Origin: Felis catus
Taxonomy: Eukaryota
Direction: 5' to 3'
Assembly: GCF_018350175.1 (NCBI RefSeq)
Contig: NC_058368.1
Location: 27,778,001 to 27,842,000 of the forward strand
DNA: 64,000 bases
Positions 35,350 through 48,166 of the stretch are shown in pieces (position 1 is the stretch's first letter; the number at the start of each line of letters is the position of its first letter). The position numbers and the translations under genes were made by a program. The notes beneath the pieces were generated by a model. That model was given only the letters and a program-made list of their open reading frames with translations, was not told the origin of the DNA and did no database searches.

Positions 35350-37290
35350 GTAGCCATTTGGAAAGTAAAAACAAGCCGAAAAGTAAGAAAACACTGAAAT
35401 AATTGGGTGGCAGAGAAAATTATTGTAGAATATATCAAAAAATTATGAGAGCATTTTATGGGGCGTGCTTGCAAAGTTGTATTTTGAGATGTTGTACTCA
35501 GAAAGGAAAAATCATAACTTTTAAATCCAATCAGTACTAAAAAAGAAATGAATTAAGCACCCAATCTAAGGATTTAGAACAAGAACAATAAACGACACTG
35601 AAGGAAGTAATTAAGATAAATATAAATTCATAACAACTTCAAGAAACAGCTGTTATAAAAATCCAACAGTTTGTTTTTTGATAAGGTCACAAAATGAACA
35701 AATCTATGGCAAGTCCAATCAAGAAGAGATGAGTAAAAATGCAAATACGCAACATTAGAAATGAGGAGCCAGGACCGTACATTTGGAAAAGATTAAGCTT
35801 ATATTACTAGAGATAATGCTATGCTAATAATTTGAATATGTGGATTAAGTGAAAGATTTTATAGGAAAATATAAAACTCTAAAATGACTCAGAGTTAAAA
35901 TACATAAAGACAATTGCAAATGCATGTGATTTGTAAAGTTTTATGAGAATTACTCTCCCTCAACAAGCTAAACTTGGAAAATTTTACAGGCAAGTTCATT
36001 GGAATTTTCAAGGAACAGTTTTTTTTTTTTCCTATGCTTTACAAATGGTTTTTGAGCAAGGAAAGAGATTAATGTAGAATTAATATTGAACTCAAATCTC
36101 TGCATGTCACAGCCTGATAAAGGGAACACAAACATGGAAACTTGTAGAAATTAACATTTGAAAGAAAACTTTAGTTAATGATATTTTTTTCTCTTAGATA
36201 ATTTACCAAGGCAAAGTAAGGTTTATTCTAAGAACATAAAGATGACTAGCTATATGTTATAACTTTTTATATCTTTTCCCTCCGGTAGGGTAGGTTATGA
36301 AAGAAAACCCATTGGATTTTAGCAACAACAACAAAAAAAAGCATTGATAAATTTTAATCTTTACTACTAATTAACAACAAAAAAACAATTATCATGAACT
36401 AGATATTTAAAAGATTGTGTTAACATACATGTAGTTTTCCAAACCAATAACCAACATTAATTCAATGGTGAAATATTAGAGCACTAAACAGTATCAGGAT
36501 ATCTGCAACACCTACTACCAACCAGTATTGTTCTGGAAATTCTAACCTAGTGCTTCATGGGTTAAAGTTATTTGATGGAAAAAAATTTTTTTTAAAGCTG
36601 AAAACTCTTAACATAGCGTGGAACAAAGTTTGGGAATTGTTTTAGCTAACTTGATAAGGCAAAAATACAAAACGGACCTTTTCTAATTATTGGAAATAAG
36701 TTCTTATTTTTGGGTGAGAGCAATTTGCCTGTACAGCCTAAGAGAGTCTACTGAAAAATGATTAGAACAAATGAAATCAAAGAATTGGTTATAAAATAGA
36801 GGAATCAACAACTTTCTCAAATAGCAGCAAACATTAATTAGAAAATATAATAGAATAAAAAGTCCTTATCAAAAAGCAACTATGTGAAGAAATTACTCCA
36901 TTCCCTCCCTTCCAAAAAAAAAAAAAAGTGAATAAGCCAAGAAAAAACCCAGAACTTTCCTACGATCATGTCAGTTTGAATAATACAGAGATGGGTGATG
37001 GTTCCGAGTGGTAAAATTCAATATTGTCATAACTATAGTTCTGTTCAAGTTAATTTGTGAGGTTAGTGCAACGCCAATAAAATTTTCAGGGGAATGAGGT
37101 GGTTTGAAAAGACTGATTCTACATTTCGACCATGAGAATAATCACAAGACTAAACAAGAAGCTTTAGAGAATATGGATAATAATTTGTGTGTGTGCTGGG
37201 GCAAGGAGAGCTTAAGGTATTAGCTATTTAAAAATATCTGAAACTCCCTTGTACTGCTGTGCGTAAGAGGTGAACTGAAGGGCTCTTTGA
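35350..37290 (+). mobile_element. Ancient degenerate L1 ORF2 remnant
   Basis: A-rich; eroded RT-region DNA (ttttacaggcaagttc..ttttcaaggaacag; ttgttctggaaattctaacctag). Confidence 0.6.
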
Positions 37291-37510
37291 CAATATCAAA
37301 TTATAGTTTCCTAAATGTGAAAGTATTAGGTATAAAAGGTGTAAGTTTGTTGTGTGGAAATAATCAGAGGTCAGAGATGAACGCAAGGTGTACATACAGT
37401 GTTGTTTATTTTCAAAATGATATTACTGGAAAGTTTGAAACCATTTGCTCAAGAGGTAAGAGAGGATTTGAGGACTTTGACGTTCGGAATACCACGGCGC
37501 AACTGCTGTG

Positions 37511-37758
37511 GTTTTTTTTTTTAATTTTTTTAAATAAAAAAAAATTTTTTTCAATATATGAAGTTTATTGCCAAATTGGTTTCCATACAACACCCAGTGC
37601 TCATCCCAAAAAGGTGCCCTCTTCAATGCCCATCACCCACCCTCCTCTCCCTCCCACCCCCCATCAACCCTCAGTTTGTTTTCAGTTTTTAAGAGTCTCT
37701 TATGCTTTGGCTCTCTCCCACTCTAACCTCTTTTTTTTTTTTTTTTTCCTTCCCCTCC
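37511..37758 (-). mobile_element. Very short felid L1 3' end
   Basis: TSD cgcaactgctgtg (37498-37510 and 37759-37771); L1 3' UTR sequence. Confidence 0.9.
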
Positions 37759-37839
37759 CGCAACTGCTGTGTTTAAATGACATGGGAATGTGATCACCCA
37801 TATAAAAATGAAACAAATAAGTTTTATTAAAAATAGACT

Positions 37840-38015
37840 CTGGGTGAATTTTGAAGGCTGCCTCTTCTTCTTGTACTTTGTGCAGATTATTTCATCCCCC
37901 TAAGCTTTATTATGTACGAGAGTTATTTGCCCCGTGATACTGTTTCTAGGGTCAGCGGAGAGAAAGCTTGTAGAAAGTTTATCTTAATGCCTGGCACGTG
38001 ATAAGCACGTGATAA
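37840..38015 (+). mobile_element. MIR remnant
   Basis: tgtactttgtgcagattatttcatcccc..atgcctggcac. Confidence 0.5.
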
Positions 38016-40107
38016 TGCGACCTGGGGTGCTGATAGGAAGTTATAATCTGTGTGTATAAATCAAGAGATGAAGGAAATACACTGACGTGTTATCAGTAGA
38101 GAGATTTTATGAGGGATTATTATGTCTGGCTTTATCGCTTCTGTACTTTCTACGCTTTCTACAACGAACAAGTAACTTTTACGAGAAATGTTTTTTTAAA
38201 AGAAGAAAGTTGACAGGCAATATTTCTGGGCTGAGAGAGAGCTGTGTGATTCAATGATTATTAGTAGCTGGAAGTCCATATGTCTTTAGATTAAAATGCT
38301 AGAACTAACAATAATTAGTAAAAGGGGAATGCACATTATTACTATTTTTTGACTCCCCTACTTTACCCATTAATATTTACTTCCTCTGATTTGGTTATCT
38401 CCTCTCAATTTCTTGAAGTAGTTTCCACTTGGTTCCCCAGTGAAGGCCATCTTTGCCCTTCTGGGCAAAGGTATTCCCGTGGGGGGGCCCCAAAAGCAGG
38501 AGTTCTCTGAACTGCCCCCTCCCCCTGGAGCTCTGTCTCTTCTATTAAAAAACATTCAAAGGAAGGGGCTCTTTAACATTCATGACATCACCTCTCCTGC
38601 TTCCACTGTCCTCTTCCTCTTGAGTTGAGAGAACATCCTCTCCTGGGAAAAGTTTGTCCTGGCCAGGCGATGGCACTTCAATGTTTACATAAAGCGGTCA
38701 AGCTGAACCATGTCGGAACGCGCCTCGCTGGGATTCAGACATGATTTCAAAATGACCCTATCTTCGTCTTCAGTTACTGCACAAGGGCCTTCCTCTGGAG
38801 TAGCCCTGTCCTTCTGGCCTCATCAGGTTTCTCCAGCGTCCAACTTGCACACACCTAGCTGTTGTGTGGTTGACCCTTTGGTTCAATGGACCACAGAGAA
38901 GTGATTTCTACAACCTCTGGCAGGAAGTGGTGAGCCCTCTACTTATTGCTGTTAGCTTGGGCCCCGGCACTGATCCTTAGAGCTCCCCAGCCCCGTAGCC
39001 CATCCTCTGGCGAGAGCAACCCCCCCCCCCCCCCGCCCAACACACACCCCGGAAGCGTGAGCAAAGGGAGAGGCATGGATGGCTGTGTTGTCTGAATTTC
39101 CTCCCACCACTTTGGCCAATGTTCACAGCAGATTCTGCTGCTAGCATCTCCAAAATGGTATTTTATTTATCCTATTTCTTTAGTGCCCTCTTAACGTGGA
39201 GCTCTGTTAACGTAGGGAGACGTGGGAAGCGTGGGGAGACATGGTCTCTTTCCTCTGGGAGTCTTCACGACATGCTTGCATTGTTGAGCCACGCCCAGCA
39301 CCATTTACTCCTTGTTTCTCGGCATCCCTTCCTTTGTAGCCCCACGCCCTATTGCTTGAACTGGTGTTCAGCAATACATTTCTTTGGGCTCTGTCTCATC
39401 GTTGCTTCTGGGTCTGTCTCCCTCACTGCACTTTGGCGTCCTTCAGGGTGGAGCTGTGTCTGTTTGCATCTGTACCTTCAGCATGAATCCGGGTGTCTGG
39501 AAAATGCTCGCTGCTTAGCAAATCGGTGTGGAGCGGGACAGGACTTGACAGCGTCTCAGATGCCGTGTGTCACATTCCTCCTGCTTAAAGAATTTTGATT
39601 TCCTTAACGTCCAAAGCTCAGCCCTTGGAACAAGAACCACTTATTTGTATCTGTCCAACTAGATATTGCACTTCTGTATGAGAAGCCAGTAAATGAACCA
39701 AGGATGTGTTTATAAGGCATGCAGATGCATCTGCAGTGGCTGTCAATTCAGCAGAACAAATGAATTAGTCGAAATTATCCTTCGTGGTACCAAAGGAGAA
39801 CCAGCCTCTTCCTAGTAAATACGCTTTGCTAGATATAGAATAATAACCCTGAGTGCGGTGACGCCAGAGCCTCCCCGCTGCCATCTGGAGCAATGTTCTT
39901 GCATGGTGATGCCTCATCAGCTCTGCCCTGGTTTCCCGCCTGCTCTGGGTTTTCTCCTCTCCCTGGCCTTGCTCTGTCATAGGATAATGCACATCACTCT
40001 CTTCCCATCCCCTTTTCTTCCTGCCTGGCAGTTCTTGGCTGCGTAATGTAGTGTTTTTCCTTTTTTGCACCTTCATGTATTAAAAACTGTACGAATTGAT
40101 GAGGATT

Positions 40108-40154
40108 CTTTTTAAAGTTCGTTTATTTATTTTTAGGGAGAGAGCTGCGGGAAG

Positions 40155-40206
<52 letters not shown>

Positions 40207-40316
40207 AGAGAATGCCAAGGAGTGCACAGCCCGATGTGGGGCTCGAACCCACAAACCACGAGATCATGACCTGAGCCAAAGTTGGACTCAACTGACTGAA
40301 CTGCTCAGGTGGCCCT
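40108..40316 (-). mobile_element. CAN-SINE with expanded (GA)n
   Basis: Head and tail recognisable. Confidence 0.85.
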
Positions 40317-40687
40317 CATTAGGATTTTTAAATAGAGGGAAACCTACAGAACCGGAAATGGTCTCCCACACAGATAAACCTCTGTGGTTGGTATGAGAAA
40401 GTAATATATGCACATGGATTAAAAGTCAGAAAGCAAAAATTATATACGATGTTAAAGCTTCCTACCCTGCCCATGCACTCCACGCTTCTCTCCCCAGCGA
40501 TAATCACAGTTAACATTTTGGTGTATGTTTTTTTTTTTCTAAAATTGTTTTAAATATGATACACATCTATAGATAAAAGTTGAAATGATATATGTATATC
40601 TTTTCTATTTACGCGGAACAGTCCCAAGAAAAGTGCTCTGAACCTACCTTTTTTTCTATTTATTTTATTTATTTGTCCCATAAAAAA

Positions 40688-41180
40688 TTTTTTTTGAGTA
40701 CTTGACACACAATGTTACATTAGTTTTAGGTGCACAACTTAGTAAATTGATAAGTTTATAATGTTGTACGTTATACATTACAAGTGTGGCTACCCTCTGT
40801 CCCAGTACATCACTATTAAAATATCATTGACTGGGGGCGCCTGGGTGTCTCAGTTGGTTAAGCGTCCGACTTCAGCTCAGGTCATGATCTCGCGGCGTGT
40901 GAGTTCAAGCCCCGCGTCGGGCTCTGTGCTGACAACTCGGAGCCCGGAGCCTGCTTTGGATTCTGTGTCTCCCTCTCTCTATCTGCCCCTCCCCTGCTCA
41001 TGCTCTGTCTCTCTCTGTCTCTCAATAATAAATAAACATTAAAAAAATTTAAAAATATATCGACTGTATTTTTATGTTGTACTTTTTATTCCCATGACTT
41101 GTTCATTCCATAACCGGGAGCCTTCACCCATTTTGCCCAACCCCAAACCCCTCTGCTCCGGCAACCATCAGTTTGTTCTC
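40688..41180 (-). mobile_element. Older L1 3' end, interrupted by a SINE
   Basis: ttgacacacaatgttacattagttttaggtg..caaccatcagtttgttctct. Confidence 0.75.
40833..41053 (+). mobile_element. CAN-SINE
   Basis: Consensus-like; imperfect TSD aaaatat..gactg. Confidence 0.92.
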
Positions 41181-42859
41181 TAAACCTTTTATTACTTAAT
41201 GTATCTTAGAGATCCCTCCATAGGCACCTCTCCTTCTCTCCCATCTACCTTATTCTTTGTATCTCCTGCATAGTATTCCATTATGTAGATGGTTTAACTT
41301 TCTGGTCCAGTTCCTTATTAATGGGCAGAGACTTTCTCTTGAACTTTTACTGTTTCAGTAATACAACTGTGACTATCCCTGTACGTATATCTTTGAACAG
41401 TTCTGCAAAGGATGTGCATGTTTTCCATGTTGATTGTTGTTGCTAAATTGTCCTTCAAAAAGTAAATTGGTTTTCACTAATTTAGATGTACCACCAAAGT
41501 GCTTGAGTGTACTTGATTCCCTGTCAATCTTTTCTAGTTTTTGCCAGTATGATAGAAAAGTTTTCTCTCCTTGTTCCGATATTTCTTGGATTGTGTGTGA
41601 AGATGAGGACCATTTTGAATTTATAAGCAATCTGTACTTTATTTGTGAATATTCTCTTCCCATCCTTTGGTTCTTTTTCTGTTTGGTTGTTTTTTGTTTC
41701 TGTTTTTGTTTTTTCTCATTAGTTTAGATGAAGTCTTATCAACCTCCTCAGACCTTTCTTGAGCCTTGATCTAAAATTGTAACTGAGTCTCACCTCAGTG
41801 TGTTTAATCCTCTGCATAGGATTACAACTGGATATATTTCCCACTTGTTTGTGGGTTTCTCTTTTTCTAGAGTAGAGACTCTTAATCATGGATCTCATCT
41901 GTCTTGTTCATTATTGTATCCCCATCACATAGATCCACACCTGGCTCATGATAAGCATTCAGGTGTTGTTGAGTGAATGAAAGAATAATTGAATTAGCCT
42001 ATATGGGTTATAAAAATTTTTTGTTTGTTTTCTAATTTTGTTTATGGAATTTTTCCCAGTGGCAGCTTTGAAGTGTTTATGCAACCACATTTATCAATAA
42101 TTTTCCTTGATGATTTCAGAAACTGCCTTGTTCCACATTTATAAATAAATTTACCTCTGCCTCCTTTAAAGACTCCTGTGGCTCCATCTCCTAAGTTCAA
42201 CTGTTAGACCTCTATAGAATTTATTTTGATATTTTAAAAATCTAGTTTTAATTTTTCTCACAACAGTTGGCTAGTTCCTTGTCATTCGTTGAATTGGCTC
42301 TCCTGCGTGCATTTAGCATACAACTTTATGGTAAACTACATTTCCACGGGTTTCTGGCCTCAGTCAGATTGTTTTAATTGCCGCAGTTTCATGATATGTT
42401 TTCATATCTGGCGAAGCTGATCTCTCTCCTTTCTTTTCTGTTTTTCATGGTATGATTGCCTATTAGCTTTTTTCCAGATGAATTTCAGAATCATTTTGCC
42501 AAGGCTGAAAAAATATTTTAAAGCAATGCATAATAGTATTCACATAGACTCAGAATATATGCCTTGTATAGTTTTTGTCTCAGGTTTCGAGCTGATGAGA
42601 ATTTAATTTGTTCAGAATTCATGTTATTAAACTTAGGATGGGCTGGATATCAGAAGTTGCTTGCTGGAGAAATGCATGTGAGAAGAGTTGGCATCCTTTG
42701 GCAAGAGGGATTTTGATTTAGGCTGGATATGCTCCGTTAGAACTTTTGAGTGTCAGTGGGTGCTATATTTCTGGATGTGGCGTTTATACTTGAGTGTGAT
42801 GAACTAGTGACGAGTTATCCTTAATCTTAACTGCCTGTTTTGGATGCATCTCGCAAGAG

Positions 42860-43060
42860 ACACTAGATACAAAAGAAGCCTAAACTTTAGTCTTTATTTT
42901 GCTACTAATGAGCCATTTAGCTCTTGATAAGTTAAACGGAGTTTCTGATCTTGTTCCCTCATCTGCAAAACGAGCATAATCTGCACTCAATTCATTCACT
43001 CATCAGATGATACCTTATTTTTCTGCCTACCTTTGGGAATTACTGTAAGGAACAAATACC
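42860..43060 (+). mobile_element. MIR remnant
   Basis: cttgataagtta..ttccctcatctgcaaaacgagcataat core. Confidence 0.6.
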
Positions 43061-43628
43061 AGAATTCTGGTAACATTTTTGTTTGAAAATGTTAAGTCCT
43101 GGTTAAGCATTGTTCCTTGAAAAACTTTTCATTTGCTTACCTCCAGTCCCCCTCTCCCCAAATCCCATCGAAAAGATGATAAAGGAAAAAAAAAATTAAA
43201 GCCATAAGCCAGGAAGAGCAAAAACAAAAAACAAAAAACAAAAACAAAAAAACAGGCCAGCGATTGCAGCAAAGAAAAGAAATCGGCAGAATTTCGGGAG
43301 CTGAAAAGTAGAGCAGAAAAAGCCAAAACTCATTTGCAAGATGTCGTGAGGTGCCAGTTGAAGCAGTCCCAGTGCCATTCGGGAATTGGAGGCACCTGGT
43401 GCGTCCAGAGCTGGGGTTGAAAAGATGATGATAAAGTGGAAGTCTAAATGAGGACCTGTAGGACCCCAGGAGCCCCTCCCTTGCCACAGTGAATGTTGGA
43501 AAACGTGGTAAAGATGAGGGCTGAGGAAGGTGATGTACTTGGGAGGGGAAGTTGGGACTGGGATGGGGGTAGTAACAGAGACATAAATCTTCTCCCATAG
43601 CAGGAAGTCAAAAGATAATATGTTTTTT

Positions 43629-43848
43629 TTTTTAATTTTTTTTTTCAACGTTTATTTATTTTTGGGACAGAGAGAGACAGAGCATGAATGGGGGAGGGGC
43701 AGAGAGAGAGGGAGACACAGAATCGGAAACAGGCTCCAGGCTCAGAGCCATCAGCCCAGAGCCTGACGCGGGGCTCGAACTCACAGACCGCGAGATCGCG
43801 ACCTGGCTGAAGTCGGACGCTTAACCGACTGCGCCACCCAGGCGCCCC
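43629..43848 (-). mobile_element. CAN-SINE (young type)
   Basis: TSD taatatgtttttt on both sides. Confidence 0.95.
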
Positions 43849-43956
43849 GGTAATATGTTTTTTAAAAGTTAAGACATAGAAGACTTTGCATGCTATTAAG
43901 AAGGAGGCAATTGAGAGGTGAAACGACACACAGGAATTGAAAGTGATTCTGTGGGA

Positions 43957-44187
43957 GGGGCGCCGGGGTGGCTCAGTTGGTTTAGCGTCTGACTCCGGCT
44001 CAGATCACAGTCTCGTGGTCTGTGGGTTTGAGCCCCCACATCGGACTCTGTGCTGACAGCTCAGAGCCTGGAGCCTGCTTCGGATTCTGTGCGCCACCCC
44101 CCTCCTGCACTCGCACTCTGCCTCACTCTGTCTCTCAAAAATAAATAAATGTTAAGAAAGAAAGAAAGGAAGGAAGGAAGGAAGAAA
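43957..44187 (+). mobile_element. CAN-SINE with (GAAA)n/(GGAA)n tail
   Basis: 16-bp TSD gaaagtgattctgtgg (43939-43954 and 44188-44203). Confidence 0.93.
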
Positions 44188-44229
44188 GAAAGTGATTCTG
44201 TGGTTGATGGGGAGGACAGGAGCTTCTTC

Positions 44230-44450
44230 TTTTTTTTTTTTTTTTTTAGTTTATTTATTTATTTTAAGAGAGACAGAGACAAGGTGTGTGGGGGAGTGGC
44301 AGAGACAGCAGGGGAGAGAGAGAATCCTAAGCAGGCTCTGGGCTGCCAGTGCAGCACCCAATGCGGGGCTTGAACTCAAGAACTGTGAGATCATGACCTG
44401 AGTCAAAATTAGTGGGTCGCTTATCTGACTGAGCCACCCATGTGACTCCT
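44230..44450 (-). mobile_element. CAN-SINE (older)
   Basis: Diverged head and T-rich tail. Confidence 0.85.
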
Positions 44451-45727
44451 TTTATTTTTGTATAAGCCTTGGTAGTATTAATAACTAGCACGTTGCTTGG
44501 TAGACTTTTAAAACTAGGTACGTGTATTATGGTGACAAAAAATAAAATGAAATAAATGACTTCATGCCATTGTAGAAAAGTGAGTCTCTAGCACAAGGCT
44601 TGCATAAATGCCTGTAGAATAGTTAAGTGAATATTATTCAGTTATTTAGAAAACTCTTTTTCCCTTGTTGATGGTGCTAGATAGGAATTAGAATTAAATA
44701 GTGTGCTTTATGGATTGACAAGTAATATATGTGGAATATCACAGTATATAAAACCAGTGTCTTTATTTTGAGGACTATAGCATGTCAGAAGGCCTTTGAA
44801 TAAAGTTAAAAAAAATACAAAATGTCAGTCTGGACTTTGGATTTACTTTATACTTTAATTAAGGAAGTTTTAGGGTTAAAAATACATGTGTTGGTATGTT
44901 TTTATCAAGACGTGTCAGTATTTTCTCTACCAGAAAATTCTCTGACTCAGGCATTAATTTATGACACGGTCCTGATAACTCTCTTCCCTTTGCCTTTTTC
45001 TGTTTTTGAGAAGAGGTTAAAAATCAGTCTGCCTCAAGGAAGCAGAAATCCTGGCACCTAGTTCTTTGGTTTAATATCAGAAACAGAGTAGCAAAGTTTG
45101 GAAGTTGCCTCTTCTAAGAGAATAATTGGAATGTCAGAAGCAGAGATGTAGTTGTAGTAACATGATCTCCTACCTGAAGCAAAGTACCCCTCCAGGGAGT
45201 CCTGAGTTCTGCTGGTATTAGAAGTAACGAGTCAATAATCGGTAAGTTGGTTATTTTCCAGGATGAAGGATGTTTTACCAGTGGAATTGTACTACAAAAT
45301 TGAGTCCAACATTTATTTGCAAGTTACTATAAATTTTGGGGGAAAGAAATGCTAGAGAAATACCCGGAAATAGTACTGTGTGGCATTTCTTCAAGAACTA
45401 ATTTGATTTTTCTTTGTAAGACACAGGTGAGTTTGACTCACATTGCATTTTCCTCTGTGTATGTTGTACCCATTAGTCTAATATCTTGAGCATGCACACT
45501 GGCTTTTTAATCTTACGATTTTACACTCACAGAGCTCTTGTTTGACTGAGGCACAATCATTTTTGCTACCTACTTATGTAAGAAAATTCACATGGGAATG
45601 GTACTTAAGTAAAAGTTTCAAAAATGAAATATTATACCAGCTAAGGTTAAATATGTAATTGATCTGGGTATCTTCTGTACAACCATGTTACTCGAAAGCC
45701 ATATTTTAAAACTTTTATTGTTCTTAG

Positions 45728-45801
45728 AGTGAATTACTGGAATTTAACCGGCAGCAACAGGAGGAAGAGAGAACCAGAACCCACCAGGCTGAACACAAGA
45801 G
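45728..45801 (+). CDS. EPSTI1: EPSTI1 coding exon (74 nt, phase 0 in, 2 out): SELLEFNRQQQEEERTRTHQAEHK(R)
   Basis: Acceptor ttttattgttcttag, donor AG|gtataa. Matches recalled human SELLELKRQQQEQERAKIHQTEHRR. Confidence 0.95.
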
Positions 45802-45971
45802 GTATAAATGGCTAATAAAATTAGCATCTTTGGTTAAAACAATTACTTATAAAGTTTCTGCAGTTGTTTTAAGACATCACTATAGTTATATTGAATGTGT
45901 TTTAGAACCTGTATTACCTTTTTAATCTTTATATTATTGGGGTATTATATGTATATGAGGATGCCCACTGT

Positions 45972-45985
45972 TACACGCATGTGCG

Positions 45986-46033
<48 letters not shown>
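45972..46033. repeat. (GC)n(CA)n alternating purine-pyrimidine tract
   Basis: Seen directly. Confidence 0.9.
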
Positions 46034-46037
<4 letters not shown>

Positions 46038-46954
46038 AGTTTTTCTGGATAGGTGGCATAAATTCACACTAGAAAACAGAATCATGCTCTCAAGCTATTT
46101 ATTTGGGTTATACTTAATTTGCCTCCCAGGGAACAAAGCATTTTAATACTTTGAGATGATCCTTTACTGTTTGTAGACCATTTTAGACTCATCCAGATGG
46201 TGAGATACTCATACGAAAGCTCAGACAAGAACTATCTTATATTGACTAACATATTGGGGAAAATAACTTAAAATAGAACCACTAAGCAAATTTCAAGTAT
46301 TCTCTGTCTTATTCCTAACACCCAGTAAAATATCATACTGATATTGGCCTGGTATACTGACTCACATTGGTATACTGATATGATAGATACCTGTCATATC
46401 TATCCTTATTCTAGGATTCTGCTGGGGGCACTTGGGTTATCCTAGTTTATTGCAGTGTGGTTGAAGATCTCAGAAGTATTTAATGTAGAGGCTCTCGTGA
46501 TCTGAAGGAGCAAATTCTTTTTCTAAACCCGAGTGCTTTCACTTACAGGTTTAACCTTCCCACTGTTGCTAATTAATGTGTGGTTTTAAATTGTGGTGCT
46601 TTCATTTTGTAATTGAGACTTTAAAAAGTGTTCACGGAAGCTCCCGATTCTGCTGGCGCTGTGAACTATGGATGGGTACTCATATTCTTTTGACTGGATT
46701 ATTATTGTGCTTCCATAATCCAGTCAAAATAGTTTTAAAATGTCAAATGTGAATTTATATGTTTTTTTTCCAATTAAAAGAAAACATCAAAACTCTGAGA
46801 CACTGGTTAGGCTATTTTGTTAGGTAAGGGGTAACGGTTACTGCTACCTTTGCTTTTGTTTTTATTTTAATAAAGTAGGTTATAAACTAGCTTAGTCTCT
46901 TATTGGTTTTTCTCATTTTCTGTTTAAAATTCTTTCTATTAAAAAAACTAAATA

Positions 46955-47172
46955 GGGGAGCCTGGGTGGCTCAGTCGGTTAAGCATCCGACTTCGGCCCA
47001 GGTCATGATCTCACGGTTTGTGAGCTTGAGCCCTGTGTCGGGCTCTGTGCTGACAGCTCAGAGCCTGGAGCCTGCTTTGGATTCTGGGTCTCCTCCTTTC
47101 TGTGCCCCTCCCATGCTTATGCTCTGTTTCTCTCTGTCTCTCAATAATAAATAAATAAACATTAAAAAATTT
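46955..47172 (+). mobile_element. CAN-SINE
   Basis: TSD-like aaaaa(g)ctaaata. Confidence 0.92.
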
Positions 47173-47778
47173 AAAAAAGCTAAATAGTGTATTTCTTTAA
47201 CACCGGTTGTTAGTGGTAGCCAGTTATTTCTCTTTATTTCTCCCCCCCCCCCCTTATTTCTCTTTATCTCTGAGGACTGATTGGATTGTAAAGCTTTAAA
47301 CATCTTAAAGATAGTGTGATATGTCACATTAATAGGCCCTGTTGCTAAGAAATTCATCTTCAATGGGCCTCCGATAAAAATGCAAGTTATTTGATCAGAG
47401 GTGGAAAGGATTACTTTCTTGTTATAGGAAACTTGGCCCTCATTCTTTAAGTGTATTTCCATACTGCTGCATACCTAAATATTGGGGGGGGGACTATTTA
47501 TTTTCTATATTTTCTCTTTTTATGGATTCTAGTTAAATATAGATACAAATTTAATAGGAAATCTCTCTGGGCAATAAACTCAGTAACCACTTTTGAGATA
47601 ACTGATCAAGGTTTTACACACATATTTTATGTTCTCAATCAGTTTTTGAAGACAGTGTGTGTTTGTATTGGGCTTTAGAGTTTATAGTGAGCTTTCCCAT
47701 AGTATATGAAAATACTCATTTGGTATTCTTATAACGAATAAAATGCTGTGACCATTTCTGCTGAGGGCAGCAACACCA

Positions 47779-47783
<5 letters not shown>

Positions 47784-47830
<47 letters not shown>
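47784..47830. repeat. (TG)n microsatellite
   Basis: Seen directly. Confidence 0.9.
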
Positions 47831-47831
<1 letters not shown>

Positions 47832-48166
47832 CATAAGTCAGATTTTCTCCAGGGACATAATTTTATTGGAGTCAAAAAGACAATGTGCTTTCTACTGTTT
47901 AGAGGTGAGTTTTATAAGAGAAAGTTTATGGTATTCCTCACAAGTTTTTCAGTGTATCCAATACTGACTGAGCTTGGCTGCACCTGAACCTGACCCATCA
48001 TAACTTTTTGAGTAAGAGAAGAAAGTTGAAACCTCAGAAAGAAAAGAGGGTCAAGGACTTGAAAGGATCTGGGCCATGAGCTGCAAACTGGAGTGAATTG
48101 AATCAATTTATTGAAACTTGAACCATCCTTAAGTAGTTTTTATCCATATATATATATATATATATA

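Noticed and set aside
37287..37793. 168-aa ORF spanning the short L1 insertion
   Set aside because: Starts at TTG, runs through an antisense L1 tail of low-complexity sequence, and resembles no protein I recognise.
46330..46385. Imperfect ~18-bp tandem repeat (tggtatactga) as a CRISPR-like or functional array
   Set aside because: Only 2-3 degenerate units in mammalian intron DNA; an ordinary local duplication.
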